This document shows positions 1 through 9,478 of a stretch of 64,000 bases of DNA, one piece after another. The first letter of the stretch is position 1. The number at the start of each line of letters is the position of its first letter. The DNA is from an uncultured Nitrososphaerales archaeon (GTDB lineage Archaea; Thermoproteota; Nitrososphaeria; Nitrososphaerales; Gagatemarchaeaceae): the NCBI GenBank assembly GCA_963706445.1, contig OY970160.1:800001-864000 (forward strand), written 5' to 3'. The position numbers and the translations under genes were made by a program. The notes under the pieces were generated by a model that did not search any database, was not told where the DNA came from, and saw only the letters and a program-made list of their open reading frames with translations.

Positions 1-15
1 TCGCAAGGTCAAGCC

Positions 16-261
16 ATGATGGACGAGCCGCCTCGAATAATTGATACTTACGATTCAGATATGAAGAAATACAAAATCACTTTCAGGTCTCCGGGTTCAG
101 CCATGCCACGCTTCATGCTGCCACTAAGTCTGCTCAAGCAAGAAAAGAAGTCGCAGATTGTCGAAGCGGTGAGCCTTGAAGAAGCTGAAAGAATGGCGGC
201 TGATGAGAGGTTGAGATACCCCTTGAATTGGTTCGTCAGTGTCGAAGAATTGTCAGAATGA
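16..261 (+). CDS. hypothetical protein
   Basis: 81-aa ORF with an ATG start and plausible composition; no recognisable motif. Confidence 0.45.
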   Translation: MMDEPPRIIDTYDSDMKKYKITFRSPGSAMPRFMLPLSLLKQEKKSQIVEAVSLEEAERMAADERLRYPLNWFVSVEELSE

Positions 262-527
262 TTCCCTGATTGCATGTTCGGCAGAAGGCCTTCTGAACCC
301 GGCTCCGGAATCGTTCGGGGGATTGCAATCTCTTGAGATCAGACGGCTCCCGCGGCCCCAAACACTTGGACAAATAATCGGTACGCTTCAAGCTCCGATA
401 GTCAACAATCCGTAAGTTTCCATTCACGAGAAAAACCAGATGGATGTTGAGTTGAAGCAAACCGCCTACCCTTGAAAACTGACCCCACGTTTTCCAACCT
501 TGAGAATCGCCATCTCACCTTATTAGC

Positions 528-547
528 ACATTAGAATCCTCGAATAT
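528..547. promoter_or_regulatory. candidate ArsR operator (ACATTA-N8-GAATAT) just downstream of a TATA-like CTTATTA (519-525)
   Basis: imperfect inverted repeat resembling the ATTC-N8-GAAT box of SqrR-type ArsR repressors; the operon encodes an ArsR. Confidence 0.4.
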
Positions 548-559
548 CCGTGAGTTAGA

Positions 560-1060
560 TTGGCTCAAGTAACACAGATGCGGACCGAAGAGAAGGGTGA
601 GCAGACATCAAGACTGCTCATCATCCTATCGAAGGGGACGATGGACATGGTGTACCCCGCCCTGATGATAGCGACCACCGGGGCGACCATGGGGAAGGAA
701 GTCCACATGTTCTTCACCTTCTGGGGGCTGAACGCTGTGAACAAGAAGACGGTGGGCTCGATGAAGGTGTCGCCAGTAGGCAACCCAGGCATGCCGATGC
801 CAAACATTCTGGGTATGATCCCTGGGATGACCGCCATGGCCACCCGAATGATGAACGGGAAGATGGCGAAGGCTAAGGTGCCGTCAATCCCGGACATGTT
901 CAAGATGGCGAAGGACCTCGGAGTCAAATTCCATGCCTGCTCGACGACGATGGAAGTCATGGGGATTCCGAAGGGCACCCTCATCGACGAAGTCGACGAC
1001 GTGGTCGGCGCGGCCACCATGCTGTCCCTCGGCGAGGGCGGACAGATCATCTTCATCTAG
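560..1060 (+). CDS. DsrE/DsrF/DrsH-like (DsrE2) sulfur carrier
   Basis: motifs SKGTMDMVYPALM, MFFTFWGL and FHACSTTMEVMGI with the conserved Cys. Confidence 0.9.
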   Translation: MAQVTQMRTEEKGEQTSRLLIILSKGTMDMVYPALMIATTGATMGKEVHMFFTFWGLNAVNKKTVGSMKVSPVGNPGMPMPNILGMIPGMTAMATRMMNGKMAKAKVPSIPDMFKMAKDLGVKFHACSTTMEVMGIPKGTLIDEVDDVVGAATMLSLGEGGQIIFI

Positions 1061-1318
1061 GTGGTCAAAGTGTCGACAATAGAGCAACACAAAGTGGTTG
1101 ATTCCCGGGGAAGCTTCTGCCCGGGACCCATTACCGACCTCTTCAAGGCCTACAGAAGTTCCCAGCTTGGCGACGTCATCGAACTACTGGCAACTGACCC
1201 CGCTGCAAGGGCAGACGTCACTGCATGGGCACAAAAGAGCGGAAACGAGCTGGTGGACATAATCGACGAGCAGGGCTACATCCGGATCGTAGTCAAGATC
1301 ACCAAGAAAAGGAGTTAG
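1061..1318 (+). CDS. tusA: TusA/SirA family sulfurtransferase
   Basis: DSRGSFCPGP (CPxP) and ATDPAARADV; 85 aa; abuts dsrE. Confidence 0.9.
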   Translation: MVKVSTIEQHKVVDSRGSFCPGPITDLFKAYRSSQLGDVIELLATDPAARADVTAWAQKSGNELVDIIDEQGYIRIVVKITKKRS

Positions 1319-1326
1319 AGGCGACC

Positions 1327-2589
1327 ATGCAACGAGTGGTCGTCGTCGGCTCAGGGGACGGAGGGACTTTTACTGCGAACCTCCTCGCTTCAGAGCTGCG
1401 CAACGAAATCCACGGTGGATTGGCGTCGGTCCAGCTGGTCGGTGAGCATCTCAAACATCCATTCCAACCTGGAAACCTGGATATCGCATTCAAGGGAGCT
1501 TCCCCTGACAAGTACGTGAAGGTAGAGACGGAACTGCTCCGAAAGGAGGTAGATTTCATCCATGACCCAGCTGTGAAGATTGACTTCACTGCGAGGTCGG
1601 TAGCCACAGTGAGCGGAAGAACGCTCAACTACGATTATTTGGTCATAGCCACAGGAGCAGTGGCCGACCCCTCCAAGATTCCTGGCCTGGCTGAAGGGGC
1701 CATGAACTTCCATACCGGCGCGAAGGACTCCCAACGCATCTGGGAATCCTTGCAGAGTTTCAAGGAAGGGACTGTAATCGTCGCAATAGCCGGAACTCCC
1801 CACAAGTGTCCTCCGTCCCCTAACGAAGCGGCTTTCATGCTTGACGATTTCTTCCACAAGCGCGGAATCCGAGACAGGGTGAAGATCAAGTTCCTCACGC
1901 CCTACCCCAGGCCATATCCTGCGGAGAAGATCTCCCACGTCGTAGAACCACTGTTCATGGAGAAGGGCATCGAAGTCACTACATTTTTCAACGTCGATTC
2001 TGTCGACCCCTCCAAGCGCAAAATCTACTCCCTCGAAGGGGAAGCCTTCGACTACGACCTGCTGATTGCCGTCCCTCCTCACCATGGGGCCGACGTCATA
2101 ATCAACTCTGGCCTCGGCGACGCGGATGGGTACATCCCCACTGACAAGGGAACGATGAAAGTGAAAGGGCAGGACGGAGTGTATGCCATCGGGGACGCCA
2201 CCGACATCCCGGTTTCAAAGTCGGGGGTGGTGGCCCATCTTCAGTCGGTGGTCGTGGCCCACAACATAGTCTCCGAAATGACCAAGTCGTCAGACATCCT
2301 GGAGTACAATGGCAGGATAAACTGCCCAATGGAGGTCGGCCCACGCCGGGCAATCTTCGTCTCTGCGACGTACACCTCTCCTCCGTCCGACCAGTCGCCT
2401 TCAATGGTCAAGTACTACATGAAAAGGTCCTTCGCCATGATCTACTGGCGCGCCCTCAACGGCAGCCTGGAGAGCATATTCGACATATTCTTCGGCCAGA
2501 CTAGATTCCCAGCCGCCAAGCAGCAGGAAGGGGAGAAACCCCTAATTGTTGTGAAATCTTCCCAGCGGAGCGACAAGGCATATGCATAG
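1327..2589 (+). CDS. sulfide:quinone oxidoreductase-like FAD-dependent oxidoreductase
   Basis: Rossmann motif VVVVGSGDGG, YDYLVIATG, HKCPPSPNE, VYAIGDAT and C-terminal YNGRINC; start moved to ATG 1327. Confidence 0.85.
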   Translation: MQRVVVVGSGDGGTFTANLLASELRNEIHGGLASVQLVGEHLKHPFQPGNLDIAFKGASPDKYVKVETELLRKEVDFIHDPAVKIDFTARSVATVSGRTLNYDYLVIATGAVADPSKIPGLAEGAMNFHTGAKDSQRIWESLQSFKEGTVIVAIAGTPHKCPPSPNEAAFMLDDFFHKRGIRDRVKIKFLTPYPRPYPAEKISHVVEPLFMEKGIEVTTFFNVDSVDPSKRKIYSLEGEAFDYDLLIAVPPHHGADVIINSGLGDADGYIPTDKGTMKVKGQDGVYAIGDATDIPVSKSGVVAHLQSVVVAHNIVSEMTKSSDILEYNGRINCPMEVGPRRAIFVSATYTSPPSDQSPSMVKYYMKRSFAMIYWRALNGSLESIFDIFFGQTRFPAAKQQEGEKPLIVVKSSQRSDKAYA

Positions 2590-2923
2590 CAGCAAAGTAG
2601 ATGCAGAGGAGGAGCTCTACCGACTGCAGGCCGAGTTCTGCAAGGGCATGGCCCATCCCAAGAGAATCCGCCTCCTCAGGACACTGAAGAACGGCGAGAA
2701 GTCGGTGACAGAACTGACGAGGCTAACTGGGATACCACAGGCTAACTTGTCGCAACATCTGGCCCTCCTCAGACAGTTCGGGCTGCTCCAGACGAGACGG
2801 GACGGGTCCAACGTCTACTACAACATCAGTGACCAGAGGATTGTAGAGGCGTGCGACCTCGTAAGAAGTTGCATCGGAGAGAGGCTGAGGAAGTCACAGA
2901 TGGTCCTCGCGGTAGGGCCCTAG
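2582..2923 (+). CDS. ArsR/SmtB family transcriptional regulator
   Basis: KGMAHPKRIRLL, SQHLALLR, RRDGSNVYY; overlaps the end of the SQR-like gene. Confidence 0.92.
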   Translation: MHSSKVDAEEELYRLQAEFCKGMAHPKRIRLLRTLKNGEKSVTELTRLTGIPQANLSQHLALLRQFGLLQTRRDGSNVYYNISDQRIVEACDLVRSCIGERLRKSQMVLAVGP

Positions 2924-3197
2924 TCATACCAACCCACTTTCTGTGAGTTTTGCCACGACCCTGCTCCAGAATCCTCCGCCCGTGGTAAGCAGGCCGGCGA
3001 CGGCGCAGAGTACTATGCCCCCTGATGCTACGAGAAGAACCTATTCAGGAGTGCTTCCCGGAGGCCGAATCTCCCTTATCGGGGCGTCCTCCTCAACTGA
3101 GAAGGCCCAGCCGGGCGCCACCTCGCTGCTTCGCTTCGTAAAAGCCCCTACGTAGGCGTAGCCCCTAGCCGGGCTATCATCAACCTGGAATCCACTC
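2924..3197 (-). pseudogene. degraded membrane-protein fragment
   Basis: minus frame reads GYAYVGAF..PGWAFSVEED..PE*VLLVASGGIVLCAVAGLL: a TM helix after an in-frame TAG, with no start. Confidence 0.2.
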
Positions 3198-3390
3198 TTA
3201 GAACTCGATTGGGGGTGGGCCCCATCGGACCGAACCCTCGGTCCACCGTTTTGTCTAGCGGGATTTGACTTTGGATTCGAACCTATTTGGCAATGAACCC
3301 CGGCCGGGGCACGGTTTTCACGGACAATGTCTTATGGCCGAATGTGTTTGGGAGTCGGGATGCGCCGTGCTCGATTTCAAAACGGGATGA

Positions 3391-3454
3391 ACCTACCAGG
3401 TTGGTCCCCACCTACCAGGTTGGTCCCCACCTACCAGGTTGGTCCCCACCTACC
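3391..3454. repeat. perfect 19-bp tandem repeat ACCTACCAGGTTGGTCCCC, 3 copies plus 7 bp
   Basis: units at 3391, 3410 and 3429 and a partial unit at 3448; intergenic. Confidence 0.95.
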
Positions 3455-3548
3455 TGTAGGGAGACCGGAATCTAGACAGTCCATGACCTCATCATTGTCG
3501 CTCCATTGATTTAACTATAAATCGAGCACAATTCAACGAATCGCGGGA

Positions 3549-5375
3549 GTGCAGCCTACCAAAATCCGTTCAAAGGTTTTGCTGGTTGGGTTGCTGCTCG
3601 GCAGTTCCTTGCTGGTCCTGTCGGCCGTTGGCGTCGCTGCGGTGCGCGCTCAGGGGGATCCAACCTTGACGGTCGCCCAGCAGAATATCGACAGCGGGCA
3701 GGCGGCTACGCTCACGGCCGTTGTAACAGGAGTGCCGTCAGGAGCCACCTACATATTGTCCTGGTCCATGGGTCCAGGGACTCCGATCTGCCCGGCGACG
3801 CCGCCGCCGATCCAGAGCGGAGTGTCGACGACGTTTGTTACTCCGACTCTGACCGCCAGTACGACGTACTGTGTTATGCTGGATGCCGGGACGGGGGGCA
3901 CAGCTGTGACAAACGTCACGGTCACCGTCAACCCCGCCCTGGTGGCCCCTGTGGTTTCTGCATCTCAGCCTATGGTTGCAAGCGGACAGTCCGCGAACCT
4001 GACCACCACCACTGCTTTCAGCGGAGGGACGTCCTTTTTCGCTTACCAGTGGCTCGAGGAGGCCCCCGGGGGAGGCTGGGTTACTCTTGGAAGCCCCTTC
4101 ACATCAACGGCTCCCTCAAGGCCCTCCATGTCGACAGGCGCCCTCGCCGCCTCCGGCATCTGGTACTTCGACCTCACGGTGACGGACTCCTCTCAGACGC
4201 CCGAGAAAGTTACTTCCAACATCGTTTCGGTCACAGTCGCGGGAACGTCCACGTCGTCAAGCTCTAGCACATCAACTGGTCAGAGTTCTACGTCAACGTC
4301 GACGGGTCAGAGTTCCACTTCTTTGTCCACTAGTGCCGCAGCTTCGGGGTTTCCTTGGGGAAGCGTGGCGATAGCCGTGGTTGCAATAGTCGCCGTCGTA
4401 GGCGGCCTTGCATACGGGCTCACACGCCGCAAGGGTGCGCAGCCGAAGGGATCGGACGACACGCCCCCCGGAGGAAACCTAGCCACGGCCCCGGTCGATC
4501 CCTGCGCCGGCCTGAAGAAGGCCCGCCAGGATGCCTCAGACGAGTACTTGGCGCTCTACAAGCAGTACGTCCAGGTCCTTGAAACCCCGCCGATCGACGG
4601 GGCCAAGGCCGACCAAATGTTGCAGGCGGTCGACGCGCTCAGGGCAAAGATAGATGCGCTGGACAAGGCGATCGCAAACTGCCAGGGAGGCCCTGGTGGG
4701 CCACCGCCTCCCCCTCCCCCTCCACCCCCTGCTCCGACGAACGCCGTCCCGCCGGTCGTTCCTCTCCCTCTGACAAGGGCGAAGCCCAAGCCCCCTTGCG
4801 ACGAAGGGGACACGCAGGATGTTGCCAGCTGCGAATGCGAAGTTAACTTGGCCCTTGTCGCTGGCGCGAAGATTGAATATGAGGAAGTCTATCAAATGAG
4901 CAAGGAAGACGTCGACAAGGCCATCAAGGGGCTCGAGACATTCCTTAGCGTAACCGCCGTCGCCACCAAGCTCCAGGGGTTGCTCACTGAACCGGTCGAA
5001 ATTGTAGCGAACATGATCGATCACATCTCCACTGAGACGGCATCGGACTCGGCGGTCGACGGGCTCAAGGAGCTAAACGAGAAGTTGGAGAAGTTCAAGG
5101 ATCAAGGGAAGAAAGCGCTACCAATGGTAGTGACCCTCCCCATAGCGAGGTTCCGTTTTTCTTGCAGGACCACGAAGGAATGCCAGGGCGGGCAATGGGT
5201 GGTGCACCGTACATCAGGGATGACGATGCTGGGGCCAGGGGACCCGAGCTCGATTTCGTTTGAACCCACCGCCACCTCCGCCAGCAACATCAAGGGACAG
5301 ATCGCGACAAGGGCGGCGACCTTCAATTCAGCCGCGAATACCGCGATTAATAACTGCCTGAAGAATTGCGAATAA
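3549..5375 (+). CDS. single-pass membrane protein: Ig-like ectodomain, S/T linker, TM, then a coiled-coil/poly-Pro/Cys-rich C-terminal region
   Basis: signal peptide (AVRA|QG), beta-rich repeats, TM SVAIAVVAIVAVVGGLAYGL followed by TRRK, long Pro run. Confidence 0.8.
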   Translation: MQPTKIRSKVLLVGLLLGSSLLVLSAVGVAAVRAQGDPTLTVAQQNIDSGQAATLTAVVTGVPSGATYILSWSMGPGTPICPATPPPIQSGVSTTFVTPTLTASTTYCVMLDAGTGGTAVTNVTVTVNPALVAPVVSASQPMVASGQSANLTTTTAFSGGTSFFAYQWLEEAPGGGWVTLGSPFTSTAPSRPSMSTGALAASGIWYFDLTVTDSSQTPEKVTSNIVSVTVAGTSTSSSSSTSTGQSSTSTSTGQSSTSLSTSAAASGFPWGSVAIAVVAIVAVVGGLAYGLTRRKGAQPKGSDDTPPGGNLATAPVDPCAGLKKARQDASDEYLALYKQYVQVLETPPIDGAKADQMLQAVDALRAKIDALDKAIANCQGGPGGPPPPPPPPPPAPTNAVPPVVPLPLTRAKPKPPCDEGDTQDVASCECEVNLALVAGAKIEYEEVYQMSKEDVDKAIKGLETFLSVTAVATKLQGLLTEPVEIVANMIDHISTETASDSAVDGLKELNEKLEKFKDQGKKALPMVVTLPIARFRFSCRTTKECQGGQWVVHRTSGMTMLGPGDPSSISFEPTATSASNIKGQIATRAATFNSAANTAINNCLKNCE

Positions 5376-5525
5376 CAGTGTGGGTTTTAGTTCAGCTGGG
5401 CATGGCCCTACGCTCAGGCGGTTGCGGCTAGGATTCGCATAGAAGATCAAGCACATCTCACCGGGACCCCCCAATTCTCTTTCCTCTCGATTCCTTAATA
5501 ATAGGTGAGGGGTTGATGCAACGGC

Positions 5526-6422
5526 TTGGCGCGCCTCCTGTCGCCGATTTCATCCCTCCTCCCTGACCTGTTCAAGAAACCAAGCCTAATGACCGATCCC
5601 GAATCCCCGTTAATCTACTCCGGCTCGATGCTCCAGTTCTCCGAGGTCCACATGCTACCGGTCCGGAAGAAGGAAATCGCCAGGAAAGGCCGCAGGGGAG
5701 AAGTCCTCTACGCCGCCTTCGGAAGCTATGCTGTGCTTAACAGCCTTATGGTTCTCCCGCCCGAGAACTCGTATCAATTCCTATGGACACCAACCCGTGA
5801 CTGCGTCGTGTGGATAGGGTCGGTCTCCTACAGAGACGCCATCGACGATCTCATCTCAGTCTTCGATTCGACTGGATTCGGTGCAGCGAGGGTTTCACAG
5901 GGCCATATTCAAGCAATCGCCACACTAGGCGACATGGTCGGACTTGTCGGGTCCGGGTCGCTTAGGTCTGAACTTCCGACCTACAAGGTCTCTAGCAAAC
6001 CGCTGACGATATCGGGCGATGTCATCCTGGCAGACGCCCTCCAATTGATGTTCAAAGGAAGGATCAGGCGCCTATTCTTCGATGATGACCCCAGCAGGTT
6101 CGTTTCAGACAGGTCAATACTGGATCTCCTCTTCAGTCCTTTCATGCTCAAGGTGGCGAGAGACTCTCCCGCCAAGTGGCTCGACCTGCGGGTTGGCCAA
6201 ATTCCGAAAAGAGTTGCCACCGACGTTCCCTCAGGCGCCTCTCTGATGGAAGCTGCCTCCTTGCTCAATCCTCAATCCGACGACTGCCTTCTCACGGACA
6301 ATGGTCGGGTCGTGACGCGGTGGGACATCGTCGTCAAATCATGGAAAAAGGACTTGAGGGTCGCCCCAACTCCTCGCTCCCTCGTGTCTATCGTTCCCGA
6401 GCGAAGTGGAGATTTTGACTAG
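5526..6422 (+). CDS. CBS domain-containing protein
   Basis: CBS-like motifs DALQLMFKGRIRRL, SLMEAASLL, VVTRWDIV; start uncertain. Confidence 0.7.
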   Translation: MARLLSPISSLLPDLFKKPSLMTDPESPLIYSGSMLQFSEVHMLPVRKKEIARKGRRGEVLYAAFGSYAVLNSLMVLPPENSYQFLWTPTRDCVVWIGSVSYRDAIDDLISVFDSTGFGAARVSQGHIQAIATLGDMVGLVGSGSLRSELPTYKVSSKPLTISGDVILADALQLMFKGRIRRLFFDDDPSRFVSDRSILDLLFSPFMLKVARDSPAKWLDLRVGQIPKRVATDVPSGASLMEAASLLNPQSDDCLLTDNGRVVTRWDIVVKSWKKDLRVAPTPRSLVSIVPERSGDFD

Positions 6423-6605
6423 TATGATAATCTCTCCCAGGGTTTCACTTGCTGGAATTCAATCTTCAGACTAAGTTAAGGGCGGAACCCTCCGGGCCCG
6501 CTTTGTTTTCGCAACTCGCTGTTAGCCCTGCCGAGGCGGTCAATTATCAGATGTGGAAAACGGGTCCACGTCTTTTAAGAGGTTGGTTACCCAGATGCGA
6601 CTGGA

Positions 6606-7268
6606 ATGAAGCCGGTCCGTCAAAAGAAGCGCGTGATCATCGATTCTCGGGGAATCTGGTGCCCACCGACTCCCTTGACAGACCTGTTCAAGGCATGGCG
6701 AAGGGCTAGGCTCGGCGATGTCATTGAGCTGAGGGCGAATGAGCCAAGTATAGAGGCGGATGTCAGGGCTTGGGCGAAGAAAAGCGGGAATAGAGTAATT
6801 GACGTAATCAGGGAGAAGGACTACACCAAGATCGTTGTGCAAATCACGAAGATTGGGAAGGAAGTGGCGGAGATGTCGGCAATCAAGACCAACATGAACG
6901 AACCAGACGAGACGAAGGACGTTCCCAAGGGGAAGCTACAGCTGGTGACCTTAGGAGGTTTCACCTTTGGGCTCCGGACGCTGGAACCTGGATGGAAGTG
7001 GTCCGAGTCGATCAAGCCAACTGTTAGAACCGAGTCGTGTGAAATCCGACACCTCGGTTACGTTGTATCTGGACGCATGGGTTTCGCGATGGACGACGGA
7101 ACCGTACTCGGTGTAGGGCCAGGGGACGCCTTTGACGTACTACCCGGGCACAACGCTTGGACTGTGGGAAGGGAGCCGGTCGTCTTCATCGACATGATCA
7201 CCGCCGCCGAGCAGGCGAAGACCGCTGACGACATTGCGCGCAGGGTAAGAGAATTGCCCGCGACGTAA
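6606..7268 (+). CDS. TusA-cupin fusion protein
   Basis: N-terminal DSRGIWCPPTPLTDLFKA (paralogous to 1061-1318); C-terminal cupin LEPGWKWS..CEIRHLGYVVSG..PGDAFDVLPGHNAW. Confidence 0.85.
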   Translation: MKPVRQKKRVIIDSRGIWCPPTPLTDLFKAWRRARLGDVIELRANEPSIEADVRAWAKKSGNRVIDVIREKDYTKIVVQITKIGKEVAEMSAIKTNMNEPDETKDVPKGKLQLVTLGGFTFGLRTLEPGWKWSESIKPTVRTESCEIRHLGYVVSGRMGFAMDDGTVLGVGPGDAFDVLPGHNAWTVGREPVVFIDMITAAEQAKTADDIARRVRELPAT

Positions 7269-7385
7269 GCTGACACTTGGATCAGTGGTGCTAAGGCTTC
7301 GCCGAGGCCACGGACAAGGACATCCGTTCTGGGGCGGCGCGGCATAGGCTTATCTTCGCTGGAGACTGGACGTAAGACCTCCCAG

Positions 7386-8054
7386 TTGGTTTCTACAGGA
7401 GTATCCTCTCTTGACAATCTTCTCGGCAGCGACGGCTACCCGGACAGATCCGCGATTCTAGTCGTAGGTCCCCCTGGAATCGGGAAGGAGGCTCTTGGAT
7501 ACTGGTTCGTCCGCTCTGGCCTGATACAGGGAGACTATTGCCTCTACGTCACCCATCGTCCTGTAACGGATGTCCTGAGGGATATGAAGGGAAGTGGCAT
7601 CAGCACCGAGAGGGTCCCCGAATGGATTGCGAGCTCGGGGTCATCCGTCAAGTGCGACCTGAGGGACGCCACCTCGATTTCGTTCAACACAAAGGAGGCA
7701 GTGAAGAGGAATGTTGGAAGGCGGGTCAGGGTAGCCACTGATGTCCTCTCTCCGCTTCTCGTACTCAACCCATTGGAGTCAATGTACAACTATTGGTCCC
7801 AGCTTGTTGCCGAACTGAAGCAGCAGGACTCGGTGCTGTTCGCCCTTGCGGAGGACGGGATGCACCCCCCGAACGTCCTGACTACAATGGAACAGCTGTT
7901 TGACGGTGTGATAGAGATGAGGCTCTACGAGGAAGGACTAGCGATAACCCCGCTCTTCCGCGTCAAGAAGATGCTAGGTCTGCCGCCTCTCCACGGATAC
8001 TTCCGGTTCTCCGTGACGAGCACCGGAATGGAGGTCGTACCACATGTCCATTGA
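7386..8054 (+). CDS. single-domain KaiC/RAD55-like RecA-superfamily ATPase (degenerate)
   Basis: STGVSSLDNLL, GPPGIGKE, CLYVT, LFDGVIEM, RVKKMLG. Confidence 0.85.
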   Translation: MVSTGVSSLDNLLGSDGYPDRSAILVVGPPGIGKEALGYWFVRSGLIQGDYCLYVTHRPVTDVLRDMKGSGISTERVPEWIASSGSSVKCDLRDATSISFNTKEAVKRNVGRRVRVATDVLSPLLVLNPLESMYNYWSQLVAELKQQDSVLFALAEDGMHPPNVLTTMEQLFDGVIEMRLYEEGLAITPLFRVKKMLGLPPLHGYFRFSVTSTGMEVVPHVH

Positions 8055-8967
8055 CGTGGTTGGAACGATAAACAATGGGAGCACTGTCCTAATCGTCGGC
8101 ATTCTGGTGTTAGGAATCTACAGGGCCCTGGGGATCCGGAGAGGGTTCGTCGGCGGGACGTACCGGAGCCGGGCAACCTGGTCTGCTCTCCTAATGTTGG
8201 TAATAATCATCTCAATGCTGAGCAACTACGTGCCCGTCTCTGACCCTAACATCCAGTTTATTGTCGGGTTCGTGCCCTTGGTTGCACTTATTTTCGTAAT
8301 CCTTGCTTACGGCGATAGGAGCGTCCTCGTCGCAATCGAGACAGATTTCTTCCACCGGGACACACTCAGCTGGTCGCGAATGCGCTGGGTCCTAGCCATA
8401 TACCTGGTGGCCTCGATCATAGGGACCGTAGCCGGGGGGTTCATCCTTACCCCCGAAGAGCAGTCGTCCTTCCTGGGGACACTTCTCAGCGATTTCTTCT
8501 TTTTTGGTCTCGCCGGGGCCCTAGCCATCTTGACAGCGGCTCTGATAGTCGGGGCACGGAGAAGTGCTGACCGGACGCTCAGAAGGAGCATACTTCTCCT
8601 CGGGCTCGCACTCTCGACTTTGGTGCTATCGATAGTGGCAACCTCTTTCCTCACCTTGGACACTCTTTCATACGTCATCGTGTACCAAGGCACAGGCTTG
8701 GTCGGCATCTACCTAATTTACAGGTCCGTGATGTCGCTCTCCCCGTTGGGCCGTGTCGAGAAGGGGGAGGTCGGGGGTTCCGAGCCTTCAACGCTGCGGA
8801 CAGCAACTCACAGAATGGTTACTACGACCTCACCACAGGCACCGGCACTGCTGGGACCGCCAACGGCTATTCATTCAACGAATGCAGCAGCAACACGGTT
8901 GGTGGTTCGAGTCCGACGGGACTCTGCACGTCTCAGGCCTAGGCCCAGTCCCCACAAATCGATGTAG
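8044..8967 (+). CDS. multi-pass (~7 TM) membrane protein
   Basis: multiple hydrophobic segments; overlaps the ATPase stop by 11 bp. Confidence 0.75.
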   Translation: MSIDVVGTINNGSTVLIVGILVLGIYRALGIRRGFVGGTYRSRATWSALLMLVIIISMLSNYVPVSDPNIQFIVGFVPLVALIFVILAYGDRSVLVAIETDFFHRDTLSWSRMRWVLAIYLVASIIGTVAGGFILTPEEQSSFLGTLLSDFFFFGLAGALAILTAALIVGARRSADRTLRRSILLLGLALSTLVLSIVATSFLTLDTLSYVIVYQGTGLVGIYLIYRSVMSLSPLGRVEKGEVGGSEPSTLRTATHRMVTTTSPQAPALLGPPTAIHSTNAAATRLVVRVRRDSARLRPRPSPHKSM

Positions 8968-9106
8968 GAACCCACGAGGGTCCGTAGCATGTACTTCTGA
9001 TCCAACAAGAATTGGATGGGAAATCAGGTGATCCGAATGGTGGGATTCTCTTCCTGTAGAAGGCCGTGAGAAGCTTAAGAGAAACGAATGGCAAGGCGAG
9101 GCAGGA

Positions 9107-9307
9107 TTGACCCCCAGGGAGACGGCTCGACTCGTCCTGGTCGTCGTTGGCATTCTCTTGACTGGAGGCGGAGTAGTTGGATTATTCCAGAACCCCCAGT
9201 CCAGTGTCCTCTCTTCGGGCTTCGGAATAGTCTTCGCTGGGTTGGTATTGGTCGTAGTTGCTTTCATCATGGGCCCGCCACCAAGGCAGTCGCCCGCTTT
9301 GCATTAG
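9107..9307 (+). CDS. small 2-TM membrane protein
   Basis: two hydrophobic helices in 66 aa. Confidence 0.6.
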   Translation: MTPRETARLVLVVVGILLTGGGVVGLFQNPQSSVLSSGFGIVFAGLVLVVVAFIMGPPPRQSPALH

Positions 9308-9478
9308 CCAAGGAATCTCGGCCAGGGCGTCGCCCAATCATTGACCGAGCCCACCAACATCAAAAATGGCCGAGTGGTAGAATACTGTAGAATCCCTTTC
9401 GCAACCTTCTCCTGTCTGATTCTCATGTCTGAGAATGGCTCCCGCGTGTTAAATAGGGCAGCTCGTCAGAATTCCTTC

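Noticed and set aside
3255-3340. tRNA on the minus strand (GGTTCGAATCC T-loop-like)
   Set aside because: The T-stem does not pair beyond 2-3 bp, and no acceptor, D or anticodon stems can be built.
3391-3454. CRISPR array
   Set aside because: The units are contiguous with no spacers, only 19 bp long, and no cas genes are present.
7386-8054. Circadian KaiC or RadA/RadB recombinase
   Set aside because: It is a single degenerate domain with no kaiA/kaiB nearby and no RadA N-terminal domain.
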